From a bacterium (GTDB lineage Bacteria; Patescibacteriota; Minisyncoccia; Phycocordibacterales; VMGT01), in NCBI GenBank assembly GCA_030697645.1, contig JAUYPI010000004.1, forward strand, positions 1,141 to 65,140: a stretch of DNA of 64,000 nt, read 5' to 3'. The notes beneath the pieces are model-generated. The model had not been told where the DNA came from. It was given only the letters and a program-made list of their open reading frames with translations, and made no database searches. Below are positions 37,655-48,400 of the stretch, piece after piece (the first letter of the stretch is position 1; every line of letters begins with the position of its first letter). Made by a program: the position numbers and the translations under genes.

Positions 37655-38485
37655 GAGGAGGGTCAGACCCTCCTCGGTTTGCAGAGCCATCGGTTTACAT
37701 ACTATGTGGTAGGATAATGCTAATGCCGCGACAGACGAGACAGTTTGAAGAGGGCGGGATTTACCATGTCCTCAATAGAGGAGTTGAAAAGAGAAAAATA
37801 TTTTCCAAGACGCAAGATTACCACCGCTTTATACTTGGACTTGAATTTTTCAACTCATCCGATACTACCGACCTGTGGCATCTTCTTGCCCGAGGAGGGT
37901 CTGACCCTCCTCGGGCAAGAGTACAGTCGGTGGGCGAGAGGCTTGCGTCGCAGCGCACGAAGCAAAAATGGCATCTCGTCGATCTCCTTGCTTTTGTGCT
38001 TATGCCAAACCACTTTCATCTTATACTGCGCGAGATTCACGAAGGGGGTATTTCTGCGTTTATGAAAAAGCTGGGTGGATACGCCATGTATTTTAATAAA
38101 CAATATCATCGCGTCGGTCCGCTTTTTCAGTCGCGCTATAAGGCGGTACCGATAAAAAGTGACGCACAACTTTCAGTGATTTATACCTACGTGCATACTA
38201 ATCCGGTAGAGATCATTGAGCCGCTGTGGAAGAAGGAGAACAAGGTGTTTCATCTCGACAAAGCGCTCGCGTACCTCAATGAATATCCTTGGACGAGTTA
38301 TCATGACTATGTGGGGAGGCCACAGTTTCCTTTTGTTACCCAGCGTGATTATTTGTCCGATTACTTTGGGAGCGCACAGGCGTGTCAGAGGGAAGTAGAG
38401 GAGTGGGTAGAGCACAAAGCGGCGATGGCTGACTTTGATCGGCGCGAGTTTGAGTAAGGCAGCAGAGGAGGGTCAGACCCTCCTC
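37655..38485 (+). mobile_element. REP-RAYT unit: RAYT gene bracketed by REP hairpins GAGGAGGGTCAGACCCTCCTC
   Basis: REP copies at 37655-37675 (upstream), 37892-37912 (inside the CDS, inverted centre) and 38465-38485 (8 nt after the stop). Confidence 0.7.
37717..38457 (+). CDS. REP-associated tyrosine transposase (RAYT; IS200/IS605-family Y1 HuH transposase-like)
   Basis: IYHVLNRGVEKRKIF (N-terminal strand, cf. YHVVxRTKYR), HuH motif MPNHFHLIL, catalytic Tyr region FQSRYKAV; 11 codons (LLARGGSDPPRA) are encoded by an in-frame REP copy. Confidence 0.75.
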   Translation: MLMPRQTRQFEEGGIYHVLNRGVEKRKIFSKTQDYHRFILGLEFFNSSDTTDLWHLLARGGSDPPRARVQSVGERLASQRTKQKWHLVDLLAFVLMPNHFHLILREIHEGGISAFMKKLGGYAMYFNKQYHRVGPLFQSRYKAVPIKSDAQLSVIYTYVHTNPVEIIEPLWKKENKVFHLDKALAYLNEYPWTSYHDYVGRPQFPFVTQRDYLSDYFGSAQACQREVEEWVEHKAAMADFDRREFE

Positions 38486-38815
38486 GCGCCATATTGTTAG
38501 TGGGTTTGCTGCATAATCACGCCATGCGGAAAAAAATGTTTGTCAGCGTTGCGTGCGGCGATGTTCTTCGGCAGAGTGGTAGTATAAAAAAATGAAAAGG
38601 CCCCATCTTATTTTTCTCGGCGCGCTCGCGATAGTGTTCGCGGCAGCGAATATGTAGACGTTCATTTTTCTCCATTTCCCTTGCGAGTTTGTGTATTCTG
38701 GCGGCAGTGTTTGAAGGTGTCATCGAGATGGGAACAAACTGAAGACGTTGATGAGGTGGATAAGTGAAAAGCCCGCACAGCATCGTGCCGTGCGGGCATG
38801 TAATTCCTTACGGGA

Positions 38816-39496
38816 TCACCTTCGTATGTGTCGCCACAATCTCTCAATGAATGATGGCGAGGGAAGGCGTATCAGCATCGCCTCAGAAGTCGGGATTAAT
38901 TCGTATTCATCGTGTATTCGATCCTGTCGTTCTCGGGAGGAGCGGATGACGCGCCAGTCGTATTCGTATCTCCGTTGTTCGCCTACAAGATATCGGCTCA
39001 GTCGGGTAAAAGCAGCCATTTGAGCGATACCAAGCAGTATCACGGGTATCATCGCATCTCGAATCTCGACCGACGATTTTTGAAACGAATACATGAGAAA
39101 TCCGACTACAAAAAGAGTTAAAACGGCATAGGTGAGTTGCGCCGCAAAAGCAAGTACGCCTCCTCGCGCACCTCGTCGGTTGAAGCGGTGCCATTTAAGA
39201 CGCCTGTCGGGATCGCGGGATTCCCAAAACACCGCGATGTACCCACCGATACGAAGTGCTTGGCTTAGACTGTTGAGGTAAACCAAGCTGGACACTGCGA
39301 GGACCGCAAAGAGAAACAGAGCGAACACAGCGTGACTGACTTGAGGAGATTCTGATCCGCCTTGATACCACGCAAGCGCTACAAAAATGAACACGCTTGT
39401 TACGTACAGTATATATCTCCCGTGCGCAAGGAGTTCCCGTAATTCGTCACGCAAGGAAATAAACTCTTCAAACCTGTTCGAATCAACTTGTCGCAT
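38816..39496 (-). CDS. hypothetical membrane protein
   Basis: 226 aa, 4 TM helices. Confidence 0.45.
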   Translation of the reverse strand: MRQVDSNRFEEFISLRDELRELLAHGRYILYVTSVFIFVALAWYQGGSESPQVSHAVFALFLFAVLAVSSLVYLNSLSQALRIGGYIAVFWESRDPDRRLKWHRFNRRGARGGVLAFAAQLTYAVLTLFVVGFLMYSFQKSSVEIRDAMIPVILLGIAQMAAFTRLSRYLVGEQRRYEYDWRVIRSSRERQDRIHDEYELIPTSEAMLIRLPSPSFIERLWRHIRR

Positions 39497-39563
39497 ACGC
39501 CCTTCTCCATGGTATGATGAGAAATGAATTGAGGGTGGTTTTTTTAACCACCCTCCAATTTCT

Positions 39564-39779
39564 CTACTCGTAATCTCCGCGCATCACTCGGTGCACTAGC
39601 CGAAGTAAGCATCCGTGTATGGCACCCAAGAGCCAAACCATCCACACGCCAGCTGTATCGTTGGGAACATAGATGAGGTAATACCCCACCATACCGAGGG
39701 ACACAAGGATCAATGCAGGAATCCCAAACAGGAGTACTTTGTCCATAATCTGATGGCGCACTTCGGGAGATAAACGCAC
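39564..39779 (-). CDS. hypothetical small membrane protein
   Basis: 71 aa, 2 TM helices. Confidence 0.35.
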   Translation of the reverse strand: MRLSPEVRHQIMDKVLLFGIPALILVSLGMVGYYLIYVPNDTAGVWMVWLLGAIHGCLLRLVHRVMRGDYE

Positions 39780-39947
39780 ATTTTTCTCCTTCTCATTCTA
39801 AATGCGTTCGACAACGTAAATGTACTACCAAGCCCGGCTTTACAGTGCATGTTTATAGGCAAAAAGTCAAGTTTCCCGTTTTTTATGCGGGCTTGAACGA
39901 TGTTCGAACTACCGGGAAAGCGGGGGAGGGGGGGGTCTTATAGAGAT

Positions 39948-40126
39948 TAGACTTCTTCGGAAACCCCTTTCGTGGCGAAATTTTTGATTTTTGAGCGAGA
40001 CGAGGAAAGCGAGCAAAGTGACTCGACGGCGTACTTGTTGTACGATGAGAGTCATTTTGCGAAGCTTGACAAAGTCGCAGCCAAAAATCAAAAATTGCAG
40101 CAGAAGGGAGTTTCCGAAGAAGTCTA
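39948..40126. repeat. ~180-bp TIR-bounded palindromic element, copy 5 (inverted orientation, variant TIR)
   Basis: tagacttcttcggaaacccc...ggagtttccgaagaagtcta; left boundary of the surface-protein island. Confidence 0.85.
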
Positions 40127-40164
40127 TTGGTTGACAACCACGGCGCGACCCGTAGGATGAAATC

Positions 40165-40833
40165 ATGAAAAAGTTCTACATCTCTCTCGCCACGCTCTGT
40201 ATTTTGTCTGCGGTGTTTGGCATTTGGACACTCAGCCGCGCAGGGGGCGAAGAGATCAGTGCATGCGTCGGCCCCTCCGGCCTCATGCGCTGGCTCGCGA
40301 GCGGCGAGTGCCGCCGCGGCGAGACCGAGCTCAATTGGAACGTGCAGGGGCCGCAAGGTTTACAAGGCGAGCGTGGACCGGCAGGGTCACAACTCCATTT
40401 GTTTGACGCAAGCGGGCAAGATCTCGGGGTACTTCTCGATATAGATAACGACATTCGCGAAAATGGGACTGGTTTTCGTACTGATTTTCCGTCTTTAGAC
40501 GCCGTGTTCGATTTTCAGTCATCTGTAAACCCGCCTTCATTTATTGTCTCTTCGAACTTATTGCCTCGCGGTTTGGTTTTTAGTGAATCAGATTGCTCAG
40601 GGATGCCATTTGTCGTTGAGCGACCGCTCCATGACTACACGGTAACCGAGTTTGACGGCTCGTATTATATGACCGGAGGCGTAGACAGCGATCCGGGCAC
40701 CGCAATGTCATACTTTGACAACACTGGCCGCGTTTGCATGAACATTCTACCGGAAGCGACCTCGACCTTTCCGCTTGTAAAAATAGTCCTTCCTTTTACT
40801 CTGCCCCTTGCGTACCCTCCTATGATTGATTAA
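40165..40833 (+). CDS. secreted protein with short collagen-like (G-X-Y) segment
   Basis: Signal peptide MKKFYISLATLCILSAVFGIW; GPQGLQGERGPAG triple-helix-type repeat. Confidence 0.55.
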   Translation: MKKFYISLATLCILSAVFGIWTLSRAGGEEISACVGPSGLMRWLASGECRRGETELNWNVQGPQGLQGERGPAGSQLHLFDASGQDLGVLLDIDNDIRENGTGFRTDFPSLDAVFDFQSSVNPPSFIVSSNLLPRGLVFSESDCSGMPFVVERPLHDYTVTEFDGSYYMTGGVDSDPGTAMSYFDNTGRVCMNILPEATSTFPLVKIVLPFTLPLAYPPMID

Positions 40834-40892
40834 AAATAGGTAAGGACACCGTCTGAAAAAATTTGTTCACTTGCCCGCGAATGTTAGACATC

Positions 40893-41068
40893 GGATGTCT
40901 AACATTTCACGAAATTCGAAATCCGAAGCACGAAATACGAAACAAATCAGAATGACCAAAATATAAATACTCGAAACACGACGGCCGTATTTTGAACATT
41001 AGGACATTTGGATTTTGATATTGTTTCGGATTTCGATATTCGTGCTTCGGATTTAGGTTTTCTTTATG
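40893..41068. repeat. modular palindromic element (cgaaat arrays around cgaaacacgacggccgtattttg)
   Basis: Same architecture as the 30367-30535 element; abuts the 41066 start. Confidence 0.6.
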
Positions 41069-41953
41069 CTTTCTTTTCTCCGCAGACATTTGATTCTTTC
41101 GCTCGGCGCGCTCGCGCTGTTTGCTTTTATTTTTAGCGAAGCTGTGTTTGCGCTTCCGGTGCGGCTCCTCACCTGGGAGCCGGAGCGGCTTGCGCCGAGC
41201 TCGATTGCGCCGGGGGAGGAGGTGACTTACACAGCAATTTTTACGCCGACGCTTCCGGTGCCGAAAGTGGAGAGTCTCACCGCCTCGCTCACGGGTCCGG
41301 CGGCGGACTTCCTAACCTCGCTCACGGTTGATTTGCCGACGGAGACAGGGAACACGCTTCGCGGCGGGACGAGTGTTCCGGTGCGGCTCGCGGTGCGCGT
41401 TCCTCTCGGCGCTGTCGTTGGGAGCTACCCGGGTACACTCACCCTGCGCTACGGCGAGGATGGTCTGCCGCTCCTTTTTGCGCCCGACCTTGCGGTGGAG
41501 CTCACGGTGTCGACCGTTCCCGTCCCGCCTGACCCGGGTAAAGCAGGGAAGGAGACGATCGCGGGGATTGACGTGAACACAAACGGCGTCCGCGACGATG
41601 TCGAGCGCTTCATCGTCTTCTCCTATAACGACATCACTCCAGAGCACGAGAATACAAGGAACGCGCTGTTCCAATATGCAGGGGCGGCGCAGGAGGGGCT
41701 GATGAACGCCGCAGACAAAGTGCAGGCGAGAGCGGAAGGGGAAGAGTTGGATCAAGCGCAGAATTGTCTTTGGGCAGTACGCGGCACCGAGGAGGGCAAC
41801 ACCGCTAGTTCGATACTGACAGCACAAATGTTCAACACAGTTGCTCGGACACGACAGTGGAGCATGTTTAATCAACAACTGAGCGGTCTCGTTTCTGTGT
41901 TAGAAACGAATGAAGAAATTTTACGAGGCGACTGCTCCTTTGAGATTCAGTAG
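41066..41953 (+). CDS. secreted hypothetical protein
   Basis: Signal peptide; Pro/Thr-rich beta-type N-terminal half. Confidence 0.5.
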   Translation: MLSFLRRHLILSLGALALFAFIFSEAVFALPVRLLTWEPERLAPSSIAPGEEVTYTAIFTPTLPVPKVESLTASLTGPAADFLTSLTVDLPTETGNTLRGGTSVPVRLAVRVPLGAVVGSYPGTLTLRYGEDGLPLLFAPDLAVELTVSTVPVPPDPGKAGKETIAGIDVNTNGVRDDVERFIVFSYNDITPEHENTRNALFQYAGAAQEGLMNAADKVQARAEGEELDQAQNCLWAVRGTEEGNTASSILTAQMFNTVARTRQWSMFNQQLSGLVSVLETNEEILRGDCSFEIQ

Positions 41954-41963
41954 TTTTGGCTTT

Positions 41964-43109
41964 ATGACGGCGAAATTGTTTCCCATCGTCGTTGCGCTGC
42001 TTCTTGTTTTCGGCTATGCACAGTCAGCGCACGCTTCCGCGTGCGCTGAACCGACAATGTCAATCTTTTTCGTAAACGGGATTGGCAACACTCGTGAGGA
42101 AGCGCGGCAATCTACGAAGGTTCTGGCAGACCATCTTTACACACATGCCGAAGTCACGCCGGAGTGCGTTCAAGTGGGTCTCGCCTACAATCACAACGAA
42201 CCCCTTTTTCTCGACTGGGTTGAGGCGTGGGAGCAGAAGATGGCGGAGGTGGACGACTTTATGGTCACGTTTTGGCTCTTCCTCGGTAGAGTCGCTGGCG
42301 CATCGGACGTGTTCCTCGCGACACTCTATAACGCCGTCACCCTTATTGACCCGCCAGCATACCTCATCGACGCCGATCTTGATGAGCACCTCGCCGCCTA
42401 TCGCAGCGAAATCACCGTAGGCCGCAAAGTGATCGCTGTCCCACACTCTCAAGGAAACTTTTATGCGAACGAAGCATGGGAAAAGCTTACCCCAGAAGAG
42501 CGCGCGTCTTTCCACATCGTCGCTGCCGCAACTCCGTCGGTGAGCGTGGCAGATGGCGGCCCCTACACGACGCTCGATGAAGACAAGCTGATCGCCGCCA
42601 TTCCGCTCTCACTTCCCTCAAACCTCACGAACGGCTCCGACTTCTCCTGCGAGGACGACTGGAAGTGCCATGGGTTCAAGGAGACGTATCTCAAGGCGAG
42701 TGCGGCGAGCGAAGACAAAATCGTCGAGGACATTCTCGCTTTGCTCATCGTCCCCCCTCCGCCTTCGCCCGAGGAGTTCGCGGAGCTTCGCGGCACCGTG
42801 ACCTACCAAATCAGACCTGATGATCCGATTATCCCCGCAGTCGGCGCGTCGTCCACCCTGCTTGCGGCGCCGGTCGGCGTTCGTGTTTACCAATACGCGA
42901 CGACCAGCGTTGATGCGGACGGCCACTATAGCTACCAGAATCTTCCTCTGGGACGCTACGTCCTTCGTTTAGAGCATCCCACGATCAGCCTGAACTTTAT
43001 TTTTTTCCTCGGTATGATTATTGATCAGCCGAAGACCTACATTCAGGATATACACTGGGGGCCGCTGCCGCCAGAGGCATGGGATTGTCTACCGCTGTGT
43101 GCGGAGTGA
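41964..43109 (+). CDS. secreted alpha/beta-hydrolase-like (lipase/esterase-type) protein with C-terminal carboxypeptidase-regulatory-like beta domain
   Basis: Signal peptide; nucleophile-elbow-like AVPHSQGNFY; C-terminal DGHYSYQNLPLGRYVLRLE. Confidence 0.45.
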   Translation: MTAKLFPIVVALLLVFGYAQSAHASACAEPTMSIFFVNGIGNTREEARQSTKVLADHLYTHAEVTPECVQVGLAYNHNEPLFLDWVEAWEQKMAEVDDFMVTFWLFLGRVAGASDVFLATLYNAVTLIDPPAYLIDADLDEHLAAYRSEITVGRKVIAVPHSQGNFYANEAWEKLTPEERASFHIVAAATPSVSVADGGPYTTLDEDKLIAAIPLSLPSNLTNGSDFSCEDDWKCHGFKETYLKASAASEDKIVEDILALLIVPPPPSPEEFAELRGTVTYQIRPDDPIIPAVGASSTLLAAPVGVRVYQYATTSVDADGHYSYQNLPLGRYVLRLEHPTISLNFIFFLGMIIDQPKTYIQDIHWGPLPPEAWDCLPLCAE

Positions 43110-43348
43110 CAAAACATTAACGACGCTTTACAGCGAGTACGCTTTGTTTCGTAACTGTATTTTTGATGAGTTATGCGTTGACAGAGAAGAGCGCACGTCC
43201 GTAGTATGAACATTACGAGTGACGAGGTAACAGTTACCTGTTACTAAAATTGCATCTCGCGGGGGAAACCGGGGTGCATAGCAGACGAATGCTATGCAGA
43301 CCAGTTTTTCTCGCGATTTTCTTTTGGGCGCACAGGGAGTGGAGGTGA

Positions 43349-43396
43349 AAAACAAACCCGTCACGCGGTTCTTTGCCGCGTGACGGGTTTGTTTTT
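43349..43396 (+). terminator. long perfect hairpin + T-run (aaacaaacccgtcacgcgg...ccgcgtgacgggtttgtttttt); first of three consecutive hairpins (to 43502)
   Basis: 21-bp perfect stem; followed by a 23-bp-stem hairpin 43398-43462 and a 11-bp-stem hairpin 43466-43502. Confidence 0.5.
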
Positions 43397-43607
43397 TGAG
43401 CCCACACGTTGGCGCGTCTCGGTATTCATAAAATGTAAGCGAGACGCGCCAACGTGTGGGCTCCGGGAGACAACATGGAGTTTTGCGACGTCATGTTGTC
43501 TCTGCCGAGGAGCTCACACAGGTCGATACCGGAGGTTTCTTCCGTTTACCATATGGGACGGAGGAAATAGATGTTCCGGCTTTATTGTTTTAACACGTAA
43601 TTTCTCT

Positions 43608-44663
43608 ATGATCAAGAAATTTGGAGTATTCCTTCTCGCACTCGCGGTCGTAGCGGTCGCAGCGCCGGTTCCCGGCGCGGATGCCGCAACCCTCTCGAGG
43701 CAGATCCACGTCACGAACGTGAACTCTGCCTGGGTGGGTACCGGACTCTACGTCTCTGCCAACAGTGGCTCTAATTCAGCCATGGGCGGTGACGGCGGTG
43801 AGGCAGGTGACAGCGGGGAGAGCGGCAACTACGGCGGTGATGCAGGTAACGGCGGTGAGGGCGGCGACGCAGGCAGTGGCGGCACAGGCGGCGATGCGAA
43901 CGGCGATGGTGATGGTGACTGGGGTGGCGACGGTGGCATGGGCGGCACAGGCGGCGACGGCGCCGAAGGCGGTGACGGTGGCGATACCGGGGACACCGGC
44001 AATGGTGGGATGGGCGGCATGGGCGGTGACGGCGGTTCGGTGACGACAGGAGACGCTTCAGCCGATGTGACCGTGCTCAACGATGTGAACTTCAACGACA
44101 CCGACATCACCGACGAGTGCGGTTGCGATGACCCATCGTTCGAGGAGGACGCGAGCTCTTCATGGGAGATGCGCGAAGATGACGACCGTCACTGGGAGGC
44201 GGCATCCGAGAGTTATTCCACACACGCCGTTGAGGAAGAAAACATTATTGACGTTACGAACGTCAACGGTGCAGAGGTGGGGACTGAGGGTGCTGTGTAT
44301 GCCGATACCGGTTACAACGACGTTGATGGCGGTGAAGGTGGAGAAGGCGGGGAGACGGGTAACAGCGGCGACTCAGCAGGCGAGGGTGGTAACGGTGGCG
44401 AGGGTGGCGAGGCAGGCAGCGGTGGCGATGGCGGCGATGCGAATGACGTAGGCGCTGAGGACACCGGCGGCAATGGCGGTGATGCCGGCCAGGGTGGCAT
44501 GGGTGCCGAGGGTGGCAATGGTGGCGACACTGGAGACTCGGGCGCTGGCGGCGCCGGTGGCAATGGCGCCATGGGCGGCTCTGTCACCACGGGCAACTCG
44601 GGCATTTTCGCAGCAGTCGTTAATCTCGTGAACCAGAACATCACCCGCATCACACGCAAATAG
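43608..44663 (+). CDS. secreted Gly/Asp/Glu-rich repeat protein (GGDGG-type repeats)
   Basis: Signal peptide MIKKFGVFLLALAVVAVAAPVPGADA; long GG(D/E)(A/G)G arrays; modules VTTG-x-A/S...VN-x-VN-x-N shared with the giant protein. Confidence 0.55.
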   Translation: MIKKFGVFLLALAVVAVAAPVPGADAATLSRQIHVTNVNSAWVGTGLYVSANSGSNSAMGGDGGEAGDSGESGNYGGDAGNGGEGGDAGSGGTGGDANGDGDGDWGGDGGMGGTGGDGAEGGDGGDTGDTGNGGMGGMGGDGGSVTTGDASADVTVLNDVNFNDTDITDECGCDDPSFEEDASSSWEMREDDDRHWEAASESYSTHAVEEENIIDVTNVNGAEVGTEGAVYADTGYNDVDGGEGGEGGETGNSGDSAGEGGNGGEGGEAGSGGDGGDANDVGAEDTGGNGGDAGQGGMGAEGGNGGDTGDSGAGGAGGNGAMGGSVTTGNSGIFAAVVNLVNQNITRITRK

Positions 44664-44777
44664 TGTTGACGCAAGGGTGAAGTTTAAAGTCCTCGACTCG
44701 ACGACTCTCGTCGGCTCGTAGGCGAAGGCGCGGAGCTTGTGACTCCCGCCTTCCACAGCCCTTTTTGAAAAAGGGCT

Positions 44778-45428
44778 GTGGAAGGCGAATGCAAAATGGA
44801 AAAATCAAAAATTAAAATGCCAATGCAAAATACAAAATTGTCTCTGACGATTCTCGGTATTTTTGGATTGGCGTTCGTGTCAGATGTTGCCGATGCGAAA
44901 AGTGTATCCGTTCAAAACATAATCTCGGTTTTTTCTTCAAGCGGCGGGAATGTGGCACGGGAGGGCGAGATCGTGGAGGGAAAAGCGGAGAGCGAGGTCT
45001 TTGTCGAGACACGGGTCAACGGCGCGGTTGTCGAGAGCTACGATTCGAGAAAAGTCGTTGAGGAGAGTGCGGTGGTAGCAGACCTACACACGCAGCAGTT
45101 TAACGATTCGTTCGAGAGTGAGGATGGCTCGGTAGAGACGCATGTGTCGCTAGAAAATAGTGTTGGATATCCGAAAAGTGCGGGGCATCGGATGTCCCGC
45201 AGTACCGTGGAACAGCCGATGTCCACTGTTTCGAGCTCGACGAATGCCACCGCGACGGCAGAAGCGCAGATTGCCGCAACGAGAACCGCGGCAGCCACAT
45301 CGTCCGCAGCAACCACCTCGCTCTTTGCCGCCGGAGCGAGTAATGAGGAATCAGCGGCGCAGAGGTCATTATTCAAAAGAGCGTTCAAGTTTATAGCGTA
45401 TGTCTTTTCTTTCAAGTGGATTTTTTAA
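44778..45428 (+). CDS. secreted hypothetical protein
   Basis: Signal peptide (LSLTILGIFGLAFVSDVADA), Ser/Thr/Ala-rich C-terminus; start ambiguous (44778/44817). Confidence 0.4.
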   Translation: MEGECKMEKSKIKMPMQNTKLSLTILGIFGLAFVSDVADAKSVSVQNIISVFSSSGGNVAREGEIVEGKAESEVFVETRVNGAVVESYDSRKVVEESAVVADLHTQQFNDSFESEDGSVETHVSLENSVGYPKSAGHRMSRSTVEQPMSTVSSSTNATATAEAQIAATRTAAATSSAATTSLFAAGASNEESAAQRSLFKRAFKFIAYVFSFKWIF

Positions 45429-48400
45429 TACGGCGTTCGTGCGGCGCGTGCTCGCGGGCGTGATGGTTGTCGCTCTCCTTATGGTGAGCGCGGTACCGCT
45501 CTCAGTGATTGCCGAGGACGGAGGCGGGGATGTTGTCGCGACCGAGGCCACTCTAGGTGAGAGAGGGACTGACGGGACAGATGGCACCGACGGCGCGGAC
45601 GGTCGCGATCGCGGCGAGCGTGGGACGCGAGATGGTAGCGATGGAGAAGACGGCGGCACGGGCGAGGGCGGCGAGGATGGGAGCGGGGATGAGAGTGGCA
45701 CGGAAGGCACATCCCCTGGAGACGGGACGAGCGGCGAGGATGGCACGGGTACCGAGGAGACTCCAGACGGCGCGGACGGGACTTCTTCAAGCGACACGGG
45801 CAACCAGAGCACGAGCGGCGAAGGGGACACGAGCATCACGACTGGTGCTGCCACGGCCGTGACTGACGTAACGACCAAAGGGAACGTGAATAGCACCGAC
45901 ACAGAGGCTCTAAGCGAGGACGGAAGCGGCAACATTGATGGGAGCGGGAGCGCAAACGGTGGCGGTGGAGGCACCACAGATTCCGGGTCCGAGACCCCAC
46001 CTGCTGCTGATGATGCTGCTGATGATGCTGATGCGCACACGCGCGACGACCGCCGCGACAGCAAAGTGCTCGATAAACGGCCACGTGACAGTGCGACAAC
46101 GACATCGCTTGAGACCATCATCGAGTCTGAAAACGATATCACCGTTGCAAACGAGAATGAGACTCTGGCGTCGAGCGGCTTAAACAGCGCGGGTGGAAGC
46201 GGCTCGGTCAGCGTCACGACCGGCACGTCAACCGCATTTGCAAATATACTCAACGCGGTGAACGTGAACCTGGTGAACTCAAGCGGCCTCATGCTTTTCT
46301 TCAACAGTCTTTTCGGCTCGCTCGGCACGCTTGATCTCCGGACCGCGCTCGGAGGAGATGATGCGCTTATCGGGGGCGGCATTTTTGGCGAGCGAGAACC
46401 CTCGATCGGCACGTGCACCTTCAGTGGCTGCGCGGGCGATGTTTCGACGCGGATATACGCCTCGAGCACCGCGCGGATCTTAAACGACATCATCGTACGC
46501 TCGATCGCGGGGCAGAATGTGGCAACGACGAGTGGCGAGCTCGCACGCATTGATTCCGGCGATGCGCTCGCCGGAGCGAACGTCGTCAATGTTGCGAACA
46601 CGAATATCGTCAATTCAAACTATCTCCTGCTTGCCCTCAACGCCTTCGGCGACTGGGCGGGGGACCTCGTATTCCCGAATGGTGATTTTTTCAAACAAAT
46701 TTTTGGCGGCGGGGCTCGCGGGTCTGGCGACATCGAGGAGGACGAAGAAGGCAGCGAAGCGCACTCACTCGTCGCGAGTACAACGATCGCAAGTACGAAC
46801 ACCGCGGGAGTAGAGAATGAACTCGACGTTGACGCTCGATCGGGCGGGAACGCCGCGACATCGACTCTCGGGAGCGCCGAAATCGAGACCGGCTCCTCGG
46901 CCGCGCTGTCTCAGGTGGTGAACCGGCTCAATCAGAACATCATCGGCGGGAATTCGATGCTTGTACTCCTTCAGATACATGGCGACTGGGCGGGTAATCT
47001 CTTCAACGTCCCCGAGGGGATTCTCTGGGAGAGGACGCCCGGGGGAGTCGCGATTTGGAATGATCCGAATTATGCGGGAGGAGCGGTGGGAGCGGGTACC
47101 AGCGGCTCCAGCGAGGGAGAGGAGGGCAGTCTCGGAGTAATCGAAGACGCTCTCGTGCCGCTCTCGGAGCTCACCGTTTCGCGCGGTGACCGCGAGGCGC
47201 GCCGCGCAGCGCGCGACGCCTCGGACGAGGAGCGTCGCGGTACCACGACGACCGAGATTCTTCACCAAAACGTCGCGGAAATCGCCAACAACGTGAAAGT
47301 CCTCGCGCTCACCGGAGAGAACCGAGCGCAAAGTGTTGGCGATTCACTCATCACGAGCGGGAACGCGCTTGCCGCGGCGAACATCCTCAACATCGCAAAC
47401 ACGAACGTGATCGGTGCGAACTGGATGCTCGCGCTCGTCAATATCTTCGGCGACTGGAGCGGCAACCTCTCGTTCGGCGAGCCGGACCTCTGGATAGGCA
47501 CGACTGTTGACGCGCCGCGGAGTCCCCTAGAGGCCGGCGACGAGCTCACGTATCACTTTACGGTCGCAAACCGTGGCGACGCGCGCGCAAGCAACGTGTG
47601 GCTCAATGCGCGAGCCACCGGCGATCTCATTGCGTTTGATCGGAGCTTTACCGATTCGCTCGGCGACGCGCATTTCTATCTGGGTACGCTCGCGCCCGGC
47701 GATGTGCGGGAGCTCTCGCTCACGGGGCATCTCGATACGCCGCTTCCGTTCGGGAGGCACACGATTGACCATACGTTCGCGATCGCAAGCTACGAGCCGG
47801 AGACGAACCGCGCCGACAACACGGAGACACTCTCGCTCTTTGCATTTGGCGGCGAGGCGCCGGCGACGGGTAGCAGTACCGGCAGCGGCGAGAGCGGCAG
47901 CGGCGCGGGTTCCGGTTCCGGGGAGAGTGGAAGTGGTGCGGGCAGTGGCGGTTCGGACGTTAGTGCAGGCGGGGGCTCGTCAGACGAGAGTGCAGGCGGC
48001 GGTTCAGGCAGTGGCGGTAGTGACGGTGGTATTGGCACAGGCGATACAAACTCCGGCGGGAATACTGGCAGCACAGGGGGCAGCAGCGGCGGCAGTCAAA
48101 GCGGCAGCGGGGGCGCCTCTTCAGGTGGTTCTGGAGGAGGGGGTGGCGGCATTTACTATACGCCGCCAGCGGACTTAGAGATAGAAAAGCGCAACGGCGC
48201 GACCTCACCGGTTCCCGCCGGAAGCTCGGTGGACTACACCGTAGTGATTCAGAATGACGGCCTCGGCGAGGCGTACCACGCCGTGCTGGTCGATGTTCTG
48301 AAAGACAAAGACGGCACGGTGATTCACGAGGAGAGTTGGTCACTTGAGACGATTTATCCAAGCGAGGAGGTGACGGTGAAGTATACGATCGAGTTCAGCC

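Noticed and set aside
38517-38783. 88-aa minus-strand ORF just downstream of the RAYT
   Set aside because: No motif, start context or homology. It overlaps REP copy 3 and a lower-GC spacer, so it was not called.
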